Source: an uncultured Spirochaetota bacterium (GTDB lineage Bacteria > Spirochaetota > Spirochaetia > SZUA-6 > CAVTHK01). Taken from it: a DNA stretch of 64,000 nucleotides. The stretch spans positions 512,001 through 576,000 of the forward strand of contig CAVTHK010000001.1 in NCBI GenBank assembly GCA_963734495.1, written 5' to 3'. The notes beneath the pieces were generated by a model. That model was not told the DNA's origin. It searched no databases and saw nothing but the letters and a program-made list of their open reading frames with translations. This document shows, piece after piece, positions 1 to 8,778 of the stretch (the first letter of the stretch is position 1; the number at the start of each line of letters is the position of its first letter). The position numbers and the translations under genes are program-made.

Positions 1-844
1 GGACAGGCTCACGCTGGGCTCGCCGTTGAGGCGTGAGTAGCTCGTGCTGCTCCTGGAACCCGTAGGACACGTCGGCGACGTCGCGGAGCGAGATCGGCCG
101 GTTGTCGCGGCTCTCGATCACGACGTCGCGAAGCTGGTCCATGGACTCAAGCTCTCCGGGCATGCGGATCGTCCAGTTGAGCGAAGAGCTCTCGGTGGCG
201 CCGCCGGGGATGGTCATGTTGGCGCCGGAGATGGCGCCGATCACGTCGTCGACGCTGATGTTGTAGTGCACCAGGCGCGTGGGGTTGACGTTGACCTTGA
301 CCTCGCGCTCCAGGCCTCCCGAGATCTCCACGGAAAGCACGCCCGGGAGGTTCTCGATCTTGTCCTTGAGGCCCTCGGCGATCTCCTTGAGCCGCAGGAG
401 GCTCTCCTTGCCGGTGATCGCCACGACGAGGACGGGGATATTCTCGAAGTTGATCTCCTGGACGATCGGCTCGTCCGCGTCCGCGGGAAGAGAGGGCCTC
501 GCCTGGTCCACTTTCTCGCGCACGCGCCGCAGCGCGTCATCCACGCCGATGTCGGACTGGAACTCCGCGACGATCGAGGTGTAGCCCTCCCGGCTCGTGG
601 ACGAGAGGGTCTTGATCTTGGCGATCTCCTTGAGCTTGTCCTCCAGCGGCTTGGCGACCAGCGTTTCCATGTCCCTCGGGGCCACGCCCGCGTAGGGGAC
701 GGTGACAAAGACGACCGGCTGCTCGATGGCCGGAAAGGACTCCAGCGGCAGGCTGAGGTAGGCGACCACGCCCATGAGCGCGACGATCACGAGCATCACG
801 AAGATGGTGACGCGATTGTTCAGGCACAGGTTCGTCAGCTTCAT
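1..844 (-). CDS. RND efflux transporter permease (AcrB/AcrD/AcrF family), N-terminal part; runs off the window edge
   Basis: Manual translation from ATG at 844: MKLTNLCLNNRVTIFVMLVIVALMGVVAYLSLPLESFPAIEQPVVFVTVPYAGVAPRDMETLVAKPLED...SREG, a typical AcrB N-terminus. No stop seen before base 1. Confidence 0.9.
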   Translation of the reverse strand, partial: MKLTNLCLNNRVTIFVMLVIVALMGVVAYLSLPLESFPAIEQPVVFVTVPYAGVAPRDMETLVAKPLEDKLKEIAKIKTLSSTSREGYTSIVAEFQSDIGVDDALRRVREKVDQARPSLPADADEPIVQEINFENIPVLVVAITGKESLLRLKEIAEGLKDKIENLPGVLSVEISGGLEREVKVNVNPTRLVHYNISVDDVIGAISGANMTIPGGATESSSLNWTIRMPGELESMDQLRDVVIESRDNRPISLRDVADVSYGFQEQHELLTPQRRAQREPV

Positions 845-846
845 GT

Positions 847-1896
847 TCAGATCTCTTCCGGCGCGACCGCGTCGCCGTCGCCCAGGGAGCGCTGCCCGAC
901 CACCACGAGCTTCTGCCCCGCCTTGAGCCCCTCGACCAGCACGACCGTGTCGTTGACTGCGACCTGCGTCACGGGAACGCGGTGCGCCGTGCGGTCCTCT
1001 TCGACGAACACGAACCAGCCCCTGGTCGGTCTCGATCAGGGAGTCGAGAGGAACCACGATGCGGTTCTCGAGCGCCTGGTGGCGCAGGCGGATGTTGGCC
1101 ACCATCGCGGGGGCGATCCTCCCGTCGGGGTTGTCGGCCTCGACCTCGACGTCGAACATCCTGCTCTTCGGGTCGATCGTGCGGGAGACGTAGGTGACCC
1201 TGGCGCGCAGGATCGCGCCCGGGTAAGCGTCGAGGGTGATCTCGGCCGGCGTTCCGACCTTGACGGTCCCGAAGAAACGCTCGGCGACTCCCGCCTGGAT
1301 GCGCACGCGGGCGACGTCGATGAGCTCGAATACGCGCGCCGCGGGCGTGACGTAGGCCCCGTGGTCGAGGTAGCGGCGGTTGACGATGCCGGCGATCGGC
1401 GCGCGGATGACGAGCTTGTCCACCCGGGTCTGCGTCGCAGCGAGGCTGGCGCGCGCGCCTTCGAGACGGTAGCCGCTGTTCAGCAGGTCGTTCTCCGCGA
1501 TCGCCTTCTTCTCGAAGAGGATCGTCTTGCTCGCATGGTCGAGCTCCGCCTCCTTGACCGCGGCGGCCGCCTGGTCGCGGGCCGCCATCAGGAGCGGGCC
1601 ATCGAGGACCGCCAGGGGCGCGCCGGCTTCGACGAAGCCCCCGCTGTCCACGCGGATCTCCTTGAGGATGCCCGGACTCTTCGGCGACGACGTCGATCTG
1701 GCTCCGCGCCTTGACCGCGCCGGTCACCCGGATGTAGCTGGTAAAGCTCTGCGGCTCGATGGCCTGCACGCGCACGGGCACGGGCCTGCGCTCTCCGGCC
1801 GCGGCCTGCGGCGCCGGTCGCAGCCGGCTTCGCCGCGCACGAGGCGAGAACGGGAGCACGAGCACGAGCAAGGCCACTCTTCGCACCGTTCTTCAT
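847..1896 (-). CDS. RND efflux periplasmic adaptor (membrane fusion protein), frameshifted
   Basis: Pieces in different frames: VPVRVQAIEPQSFTSYIRVTGAVKA...IRAPIAGIV...VVVGQRSLGDGDAV. Lies directly upstream of the permease; several indels. Confidence 0.8.
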
Positions 1897-2111
1897 TCGC
1901 GATCTCCTTTTGGGGCGCAGCCGTCTCCGATGCAGGGAAACGGCGCGAAGCGCACGGGGATACTCCCTATCGAACACCGCGGCACGCCGCGAATGTCACC
2001 GGGAGAGCTCGCTCTGTACTGTGGCAGCAGGCGGAGGCGATCGGCGCCTGGGGACGCCGGCGGCGGGGCGGACGCGAGCGCGCCGCGGCCCCGCGCCGGC
2101 CAGGGCGAGGT

Positions 2112-2456
2112 CTACAGCGCAGTCACGAGAAGGGCCACGAAACCGGCGACGGCGACGGCGCCGTGGACGAATCCGAGCCACTTGGGCGGCTTCCTGGTCG
2201 CGACGTCGATGCCGAAGAGCAGGAACCCTCCCACGGCCGCGATGACGAAAAGGATCAAGGCGACGATCGGGGCAGTCTGCTGGTTGAGCAGCGAGTAGAC
2301 GATCAGGAGCACGAGGGCAACCGCGGCAAAGAGACCGTGAATGTACACGGTGGCCCGCGGCGCCCGGTCCGCGGCTACGATCCGGGCGATGTTGATGATG
2401 CCAAAGACGGCCGCAACGGCGAACAACACGATGCAAGCGATGACCATTGTTTCCAA
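2112..2456 (-). CDS. Small integral membrane protein (about 4 TM helices, two His-Gly motifs)
   Basis: 114-aa hydrophobic ORF (YIHGLFAA, FVHGAVAV). RBS GAGAGG; ATG at 2447 is an alternative start. Confidence 0.7.
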   Translation of the reverse strand: METMVIACIVLFAVAAVFGIINIARIVAADRAPRATVYIHGLFAAVALVLLIVYSLLNQQTAPIVALILFVIAAVGGFLLFGIDVATRKPPKWLGFVHGAVAVAGFVALLVTAL

Positions 2457-2468
2457 CCTCTCTCGCCA

Positions 2469-2497
2469 TTCGACGCCGGGAGGCCGCGCAGGTTACA
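2469..2497 (-). promoter_or_regulatory. Putative ECF-sigma promoter TGTAACC-N15-CGTCGAA
   Basis: Reverse-strand motif upstream of 2112..2456; near-identical motif at 3693..3722. Confidence 0.6.
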
Positions 2498-2555
2498 TGC
2501 GAAGGTGCGGATGCATGCACGGCTGCGGAATGGTTATCTTGGGCTGGGAGCAACC

Positions 2556-3257
2556 ATGGACGCTGTTCAGGCCATCGCGAAACCCGCCGCGAAGATCGAT
2601 GATCCCGACGAGACGATCGTGGAGCGCGTCCGCGGCGGCGAGACGGAGCTGTATGAGGTCCTGATCCGCCGCCACAACCAGCGCCTCTACCGCGTCGCGC
2701 GGGCGATCCTGCGGGAAGACGCGGCGGTCGAGGACGTCATGCAGGAAGCCTACCTCAAGGCGTTCACGGGCCTTTCCCGTTTCGAAGGGAGAGCGCTGTT
2801 CTCGACGTGGCTCACGCGCATCCTCATCAACTGCGCGCTGGCGCACCTGAGGAGCCGGGCGCGTCGCACCGAGGTCGCGCTCGAGCTGGTGGACGAAACC
2901 AAGGTGGCGGGGGCCGACGACGCCGCCCCCCGCGCCGGAGAATCCATCGCGCGCGAACAGGTGGGGCGGCTCATCGAGAAAGCTGTCGACGAGCTTCCGG
3001 CGAAGTACCGCGTCGTCTTCGTCATGCGCGAGGTGGAGGAAAGAACCGTGGCGGAGACCGCGGCCTGCCTCGGTATCAGCCCGGTCAACACGAAGGTGCG
3101 CCTCCACCGGGCGAAGAAGCTGCTGAGGGGTGTCCTCTCCCGGCAGGTGCCGGACATCTTCCTCTACAGCTTCCTCGGCCCGCGCTGCGACGAGCTCACG
3201 AAGCGGGTCATGGAGAAGATCGCGTCGCTCTATCCGGGGACCTTGCGCCCGGTCTGA
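2556..3257 (+). CDS. ECF RNA polymerase sigma factor with C-terminal RCD motif (ECF29-like)
   Basis: Region 2 (EDVMQEAYLKAF...FSTWLTRI), region 4 (LPAKYRVVFVMREVE...TKVRLHRAK) and tail FLGPRCD. ATG at 2556 after GGGAG. Confidence 0.9.
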   Translation: MDAVQAIAKPAAKIDDPDETIVERVRGGETELYEVLIRRHNQRLYRVARAILREDAAVEDVMQEAYLKAFTGLSRFEGRALFSTWLTRILINCALAHLRSRARRTEVALELVDETKVAGADDAAPRAGESIAREQVGRLIEKAVDELPAKYRVVFVMREVEERTVAETAACLGISPVNTKVRLHRAKKLLRGVLSRQVPDIFLYSFLGPRCDELTKRVMEKIASLYPGTLRPV

Positions 3258-3686
3258 CCGACCCCGAGGTCGTAGACGAGCTGCGCGCCGATGTGGGCGC
3301 CCGCGGCGAGCGCGGCGAAGCCGACCGCAGAGACCGCGAGGCAGACCCACCCCCCGAGGGGGCCGGCCGCTCCAGCCACGAAGCGCAGCAGGAGATCGAC
3401 GGCGAACACGGCCCAGGCCGAGCTCATGAAGACCATGTGCTTGAGCGCGGTCCGCTGGGCCGGCGTGTCCGGGGGGAGCGCGGCGAGGTCCGTGAACCCC
3501 GCCGTCATCGCGCCGAGCGCCGTGACCGCCCCGGCTACGAGCAGTCCCTGCGACATTCGCCACCAGACCGGCTCACGAAGCGCGACGTAGAGCACGTCCG
3601 TCGCGACCGTCGCCGGTCCAGGCCGCTACGGGAAAATGGACCACCGCCGGGTGCAGCGAGTGGCCGAGGAGCTTCCATCCGTTCAT
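3230..3686 (-). CDS. DUF2231-family membrane protein (one frameshift near 3615)
   Basis: N-terminus MNGWKLLGHSLHPAVVHFPVAAW and C-terminus GAHIGAQLVYDLGVG match the family signature. Confidence 0.75.
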
Positions 3687-3692
3687 CCCCAT

Positions 3693-3722
3693 TTGGACGA
3701 GCGTGGCCGACGGATGGTTACA
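3693..3722 (-). promoter_or_regulatory. Putative ECF-sigma promoter TGTAACC-N16-CGTCCAA
   Basis: Reverse-strand motif 6 nt upstream of the DUF2231 ATG; matches 2469..2497. Confidence 0.6.
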
Positions 3723-3740
3723 GGCGCAGGGCCGCGCGCG

Positions 3741-4983
3741 TCACTTCTTGTTCAATATCTCGATCGCCTTCGCGAGCTGGGCGTCGGAGCCGGCGTCGCT
3801 CGCAGCATCCTTGAGCCTGTCCGGAGTCACGAGCTCCACCCCCGCGGCGAGGGGAGTCGCGACGTCGGGGCTGATCCCCTTGTGCCAGATCGAGCGGCCG
3901 GCGGGAGTCAGCCACTCGGTGACCGCGAGCAGGAGCATCGAGCCGTCCGCGAGCTTGAAGCTCTGCAGCACGGTCCCCGTGCCGAAGGTCGTGTCCCCGA
4001 CGACCCTGGCCCGGCCCGCGTCCTGCAGAGCGCCAGCCACGATCTCCGCGGCACTCGCCGTCCCGTTGTTGACCAGCACGACCAGGGGGATCGAAGGGGC
4101 GGCGCCGCCCGCCTTGACGCCATCGGCGCGCGTGTCTCCCGCGGCGTTCTTTTCGAGCAGCACGTTCCCGCCGGAGAGGAACTGGCTCGCGACGCCGATC
4201 GCTTCGCTGAGCTCGCCGCCGGGATCGTTGCGCAGGTCGAGCACCACGCCGGCATAGCCGCCCTTCTGGATGGCCTCCAGACCCGCCTTGACCTCGTCGG
4301 TGACTCCGGCGCTGAATGCGGCGATCCGCAGGTCGGCGATCGGCAGACCGGGGATCGTGTGCCAGGAGACGTTGTCGATCCTGATGATCGCCCGCGTCAG
4401 GGCGACCTCGCGGGGCACGCTTGAACCGGGGCTCACGATCGTGAGCGTGACCTTCGTCCCGGCCTGCCCCACGATGCTCTGCACGACCTGCGAGAGCGAA
4501 AGCCCGTCTACATCCGCGCCGTCGACCCGCACGATCTGGTCGCCGGCGCGCAACCCCGCCTTCAAAGCGGGCGACCCGTCCATGGGCGTGACCACGGTGA
4601 CGCGGCCTTCCTTCATCTCTATCTGCAATCCGACGCCGGCGTAGCTGCCGCGCACGAAGGACATCTGCTGCTCGACGAGGTCGGGCGAGAGGAACGTGCT
4701 GTGCCCGGTGTCGCCGAGGGCGTCGACCATGCCGCGGATGGCGCCGTAGGTGAGCAGCTTGTCCTTGAGGGCGGCGCGGTCCACGTACCGGCGGTCGATG
4801 ATGGACCACGCCTGCCTGACCATGTCCCAGTCGGGCTCCTGCGCGAGGGCCGGCGAGTTCGCGGCCGAACGGGCGCCGGAGCGGTCCGGCGTCCCGAAGA
4901 GGACAGCCGCCGCCGAAGGCGAGGAGGACCGCGACGGCCGCCGCGGCCGCCGGCATCAGGAGCTTTCGCGAGAATACTTTCAT
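3741..4983 (-). CDS. S41 family carboxy-terminal processing protease (PDZ + peptidase), frameshift near the N-terminus
   Basis: GVGLQI PDZ loop, LDLRNDPGG, TASAAEI, TFGTGTV. Signal-like N-terminus MKVFSRKLLM is in another frame. Confidence 0.88.
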
Positions 4984-5051
4984 GGAGGGAAAATACCGAG
5001 AAATCGGGGCGGGCGGCGCGCGAGCCCCGGGCGGCGCGGCCCCCTCGTCGG

Positions 5052-8030
5052 TCAGTCCCGGATGAGCCCGTTGCGGAACGCAAACGCCGTGGCCTCGGTG
5101 CGGTTCGCCATGCCGGTCTTCTCGAGCACGTTCTGCAGGTGCCGCGCCACAGTGTTCGGGCTGATGAACAGCCGCTCGCCGATCTCCGCGTTGGTCAGGC
5201 CGCGCGCCACGATGCGCAGGACCTCGATCTCCCTCGCGCTGAGGCCGCCCGGGCGGACGGGGGGCTCGAGACGGCCGGCGGCCTCGAGCGCCGCCTCGAT
5301 CCTCGCCGTGGTCGGCCGCATCCCGAACTCGCGTGCTACCGCCAGCCCTTCGCGCAGCGCCGCTTCGGCCCGCGACACGGGGCCGCCCGCCCCGCGGCGC
5401 AGGAGCGCCTCGCCGTAGTCGCGGCAGGTGCGCGCAAATTCGGGCGGGGACCCCGATCGCCTGCCAAAGGCGAGCGCATCCTCGAACGCCGCGTCCGCCT
5501 CCTCGTGCCTGCCCAGCGTCTCCGCGAGCAGCGCGATCAGGCCGTCGGACGGCATGCCGCTCGCGTTGTACGGGATCCGCAGCCCCTTCCGTCCGAGAAA
5601 GATGTTGCGGGAACGTGTTGCTTCCGCAAGGTCGCCCCGCATGACAGCCACGAGGGCGAGGGCCGAGTCGCGCGACATCCTCACCCAGTCGAACGGCGCA
5701 GCCGCAGGCTCGATCCCGCCGAGCGCCTCGGCCGCGGCGTCTATGCGGCTGGTGTCGCCCGTGATCCAGGCCATCTTGGGAATGTAGAAGGGGAAGGGAG
5801 CCCTCGGGTCGCCGCCCAGGCTGCCGAGGGCGCGCAGGTGCTTCTCGGCCTCAGGCACGTTCCCGGTCTCGTACTCGGTGAGCGCCAGCGTGGCGAGCGT
5901 GACCTCGTGGCTGTGGGTCTCGCCGCGGCCGGGCTGCAGCCGCAGGCAGGCGCGCGCGTGCTCGCGAGAGGAGTCCCAGTCCCCGGTCATGTGCGCCACG
6001 ATCGCGCACGCCTGGTGGGCCGCCGCGATGGAGAGCCGGGAATGGGCGCGCTCGGCATCGGCCAGCATCTCGCGCGCCGACTCTTGGAGCGCCGGGAGGT
6101 CGCCCACAAGCGCGCTGCTGCGGCAGCGCCAGTACAGCAGGAAACGAGCGCCCCACCGGTCTCCGAGCCTCCCTGCTATGGCGCGGGCCTCGTCCTCCTC
6201 GGATCGGGCGCGCGCGAACTCCCCGCCGCACAGGTGCGCGTGGGCGAGATGCCAGAGCGCGGTCATCTCCAGGCGCTCGTCCCCCTCGCGGCGCGCGATC
6301 GCCAGCGCGCGCTCGATGTCCGCGGGCGACGACTGCTGCGCCAGCAGCCGGCCCTGCTGTATCGTCCCGGGCCGCGCGACGGCAAGAGCGCGCTCGCGCA
6401 GGTCCGCGAGCCCGGTGTCAGCGTACGACCAGGTGACGGAACCGCCGATGCGCGTCGCGCGCTGAACGGGCGTGAGTGCGACCTCCACCATCCGGTCGAC
6501 GTCGCCAACCCGCGCGTAAATGTCGAAGGCGCGGCTCAGGCTCTGGGCCGCGGCAGCGCCTCTGCCGGTGTCTTCGAGCGCGCAGGCGTGCCGGTAGAGC
6601 AGCTCCGCGGTGTCGGCGTCCGCCGAGGCCGGGGCGCCCTCCTTCGCCCGGAGCGCGCGCTCCAGCAGCGTGACCGCCTGGTCCGGCGCGAGGTCGGCCA
6701 CGGCGCTCTCCGCCGCCTCCAGCGTGACCGGCACGAGGCGCGCGAGCGACTGCGGATCGCCGGCCTCGGCGAGGTGATGCGCGATTGCGGCTGCGCACCC
6801 GCGGGCATGAGGACCCGCGCGCGCCTCCATGGCTGCGGCGGTACGCGCGTGCCTGCGCGCGCGCAGCGGCCCCGGCACGCCGCTGTAGAGGACCTCCTGC
6901 ACCAGAGCGTGCGAAAAGCGGTACTGTCCCGCCTCGTCGGCCATCTCCTGCACGAAACCCGCGCGCCGCGCCTGCTCGAGCCCGGTGATCACCCGATCCG
7001 CCGGCCCATCCTCCGCAACGGCGCACAGCAGGTCGAGCGGGAATATGCGACCGATCACCGCGGCTGCGGACAGCACCCGCACGGTCTCCGCGGGCAGGCG
7101 GTCGAGGCGCGCGCCGATCGCCTCCCTTACGCCCGGAGGAATCCTGTGCCGGCCCGCGCTCGCGCTCTGCGATTCGGCCAGGTCGCGGACCAACTCGAGG
7201 AGGAAGAGCGGGTTGCCGTCCGTGCGCCGATGGGCCTCGCGCGCGAACTTCGCGCTCGGCTCGGCATCCATGGCCGCCCCGAGGTAGCTCGCCACCTCGG
7301 CCGACGAAAGACCACCGAGCGCTATGCGGCGGAACGCGCTTTCCTTGGCTAGCTCGGGGAGCGTGGAGCGCAGAGGGTGGCGCTCGTCCAGATCCGTGTC
7401 CCGATAGGTCCCGAGCACCAGGAGCGCGACATCCGCGATCTCCGCGCTCAAGTGCTCGAGGAGCTTGAGCGAACCGGGGTCGGCCCACTGGAGGTTGTCG
7501 AGGAACACGAGGAGCGGCCGCTGCCTCGCGGCCGCGCGCAGCACCTCGATCACGGCGTCGTAAAGGCGGATGCGGGCCTCCGCGGCGGGCTGTGCGAGCC
7601 CTCCGCGCCCCGGCGCGGCCTCGATCAGGGACGCAGCCTCGGGCGCGAGCCGCGAGGCAGGCAGCGGCTTGAGGGCGGTTCTCCACGGGCCGTAAGGCGG
7701 AGTCTCTTCGCCCTCGTAGCAGCGGCCCTTGAGGATGGTGACTTGATTCGCGGCGGCGTGCGCGGCGAGCTCGGCCGCGGTCCGTGTCTTGCCGATGCCG
7801 GCCTCCCCCACCAGCACCGCGACGCTGCCCCGGCCGCGGCCCGCGGCCGCGAGCGCTTCGCGCAGCTCGGCCAACTCCCGCTCCCGGCCGACAAAGAGGT
7901 CTCCGGCCCGGCGGAACGGGGTCGGGACTGACGAGGCGCGGCTCTTTGCTGCATCGCGGCGCACGACGTACCAGCTTTCCCAATGCTCAGTCGACGCCGG
8001 CCGCTGTTGCAAGCCGTTTTGCGACCCCAA
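5052..8030 (-). CDS. AAA-ATPase (STAND, MalT-like) transcriptional regulator with C-terminal LuxR HTH; true start probably downstream of 8030
   Basis: FVGREREL, Walker A GEAGIGKT, LDNLQWAD, GNPLFL, C-terminal LSAREIEVLRIVARGLTNAEIGERLFISPNTVARH. Confidence 0.9.
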   Translation of the reverse strand: MGSQNGLQQRPASTEHWESWYVVRRDAAKSRASSVPTPFRRAGDLFVGRERELAELREALAAAGRGRGSVAVLVGEAGIGKTRTAAELAAHAAANQVTILKGRCYEGEETPPYGPWRTALKPLPASRLAPEAASLIEAAPGRGGLAQPAAEARIRLYDAVIEVLRAAARQRPLLVFLDNLQWADPGSLKLLEHLSAEIADVALLVLGTYRDTDLDERHPLRSTLPELAKESAFRRIALGGLSSAEVASYLGAAMDAEPSAKFAREAHRRTDGNPLFLLELVRDLAESQSASAGRHRIPPGVREAIGARLDRLPAETVRVLSAAAVIGRIFPLDLLCAVAEDGPADRVITGLEQARRAGFVQEMADEAGQYRFSHALVQEVLYSGVPGPLRARRHARTAAAMEARAGPHARGCAAAIAHHLAEAGDPQSLARLVPVTLEAAESAVADLAPDQAVTLLERALRAKEGAPASADADTAELLYRHACALEDTGRGAAAAQSLSRAFDIYARVGDVDRMVEVALTPVQRATRIGGSVTWSYADTGLADLRERALAVARPGTIQQGRLLAQQSSPADIERALAIARREGDERLEMTALWHLAHAHLCGGEFARARSEEDEARAIAGRLGDRWGARFLLYWRCRSSALVGDLPALQESAREMLADAERAHSRLSIAAAHQACAIVAHMTGDWDSSREHARACLRLQPGRGETHSHEVTLATLALTEYETGNVPEAEKHLRALGSLGGDPRAPFPFYIPKMAWITGDTSRIDAAAEALGGIEPAAAPFDWVRMSRDSALALVAVMRGDLAEATRSRNIFLGRKGLRIPYNASGMPSDGLIALLAETLGRHEEADAAFEDALAFGRRSGSPPEFARTCRDYGEALLRRGAGGPVSRAEAALREGLAVAREFGMRPTTARIEAALEAAGRLEPPVRPGGLSAREIEVLRIVARGLTNAEIGERLFISPNTVARHLQNVLEKTGMANRTEATAFAFRNGLIRD

Positions 8031-8049
8031 TGGTCAGGTCTGACCATTG
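8028..8049. promoter_or_regulatory. Perfect inverted repeat CAATGGTCAG-gt-CTGACCATTG, candidate LuxR-type operator
   Basis: 10-bp perfect arms with a 2-nt spacer, between the divergent regulator and lipoprotein genes. Confidence 0.6.
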
Positions 8050-8160
8050 ACGACCACGGGATGCGCCCGAAGGCGGACCCGACGATTGCTGAGAGCTGGG
8101 AATTCCGCCGCGGCCGGGCCGGGCCTTACGCTTGGGGCAAACGCTCAAGAGGAGGCAGAC

Positions 8161-8646
8161 ATGAAGCGCGCGTTGTTCTCGGCGGCGGGAGGCCTGGTGG
8201 CCGTATTCCTGGTTGTGGGTTGCGCGACGACGGGCAGCACGGCGGAGGAGGCGCAGTCGTTCAAGGCCGCGGTGGACCAGACGTTCGCGGTCTGGTCGGA
8301 CAGCAGCGTCAACCCGAGCGTCGAAAGGTTCGCGGCGCTGTGGGACGAGAAGGCGGTCAAGATGGCGGCGGGCCAGGAGCCGAAAGTCGGCCAGTCGACC
8401 ATCCGGGCGGCCCGGCAGAAGAAGACCGAAACCACCACCTACGACAAGTTCGAAATCAAGACCGACGAGTACCAGCTCGCGGGGGAGTTCGGATGGGCCA
8501 GGGGCATCTACACGATCGTGACGCATCCCAAGGCGGGAGGGGCGCCGTCCACGGAAGTCGGCATATTCCTCACCGTGTTCCACAAGCAGCCCGACGGGAC
8601 GTGGAAGGTGTACCGTGACACCATGATGCCACTTCCCACGAAGTAG
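8161..8646 (+). CDS. NTF2-like/DUF4440 (SnoaL-like) lipoprotein
   Basis: RBS GAGGAGG, lipobox VVGC, C-terminal FHKQPDGTWKVYRD. Confidence 0.8.
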   Translation: MKRALFSAAGGLVAVFLVVGCATTGSTAEEAQSFKAAVDQTFAVWSDSSVNPSVERFAALWDEKAVKMAAGQEPKVGQSTIRAARQKKTETTTYDKFEIKTDEYQLAGEFGWARGIYTIVTHPKAGGAPSTEVGIFLTVFHKQPDGTWKVYRDTMMPLPTK

Positions 8647-8778
8647 GCCTCTGCCGCGCCGCGTCGGACCCCGCCCCGGCGCGGCGGCTGTTTGACCGGC
8701 CTGCGCGACATGGATACCTTGGCGTCCTGCGGGCGCCGACGGTGGCGCCTCACGCCTGTGCCCAGGGGAGGAGGATCC

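Noticed and set aside
44-1714. Long plus-strand ORF and similar long ORFs (4701..7352, 17502..19586, 44154..46574, 49592..51883)
   Set aside because: Antisense shadows of real genes, expected at high GC; no recognisable motifs.
1968-2000. GTGACA...GTTCGAT upstream of the RND adaptor as a third ECF promoter
   Set aside because: Spacing and sequence deviate from the two matching motifs.
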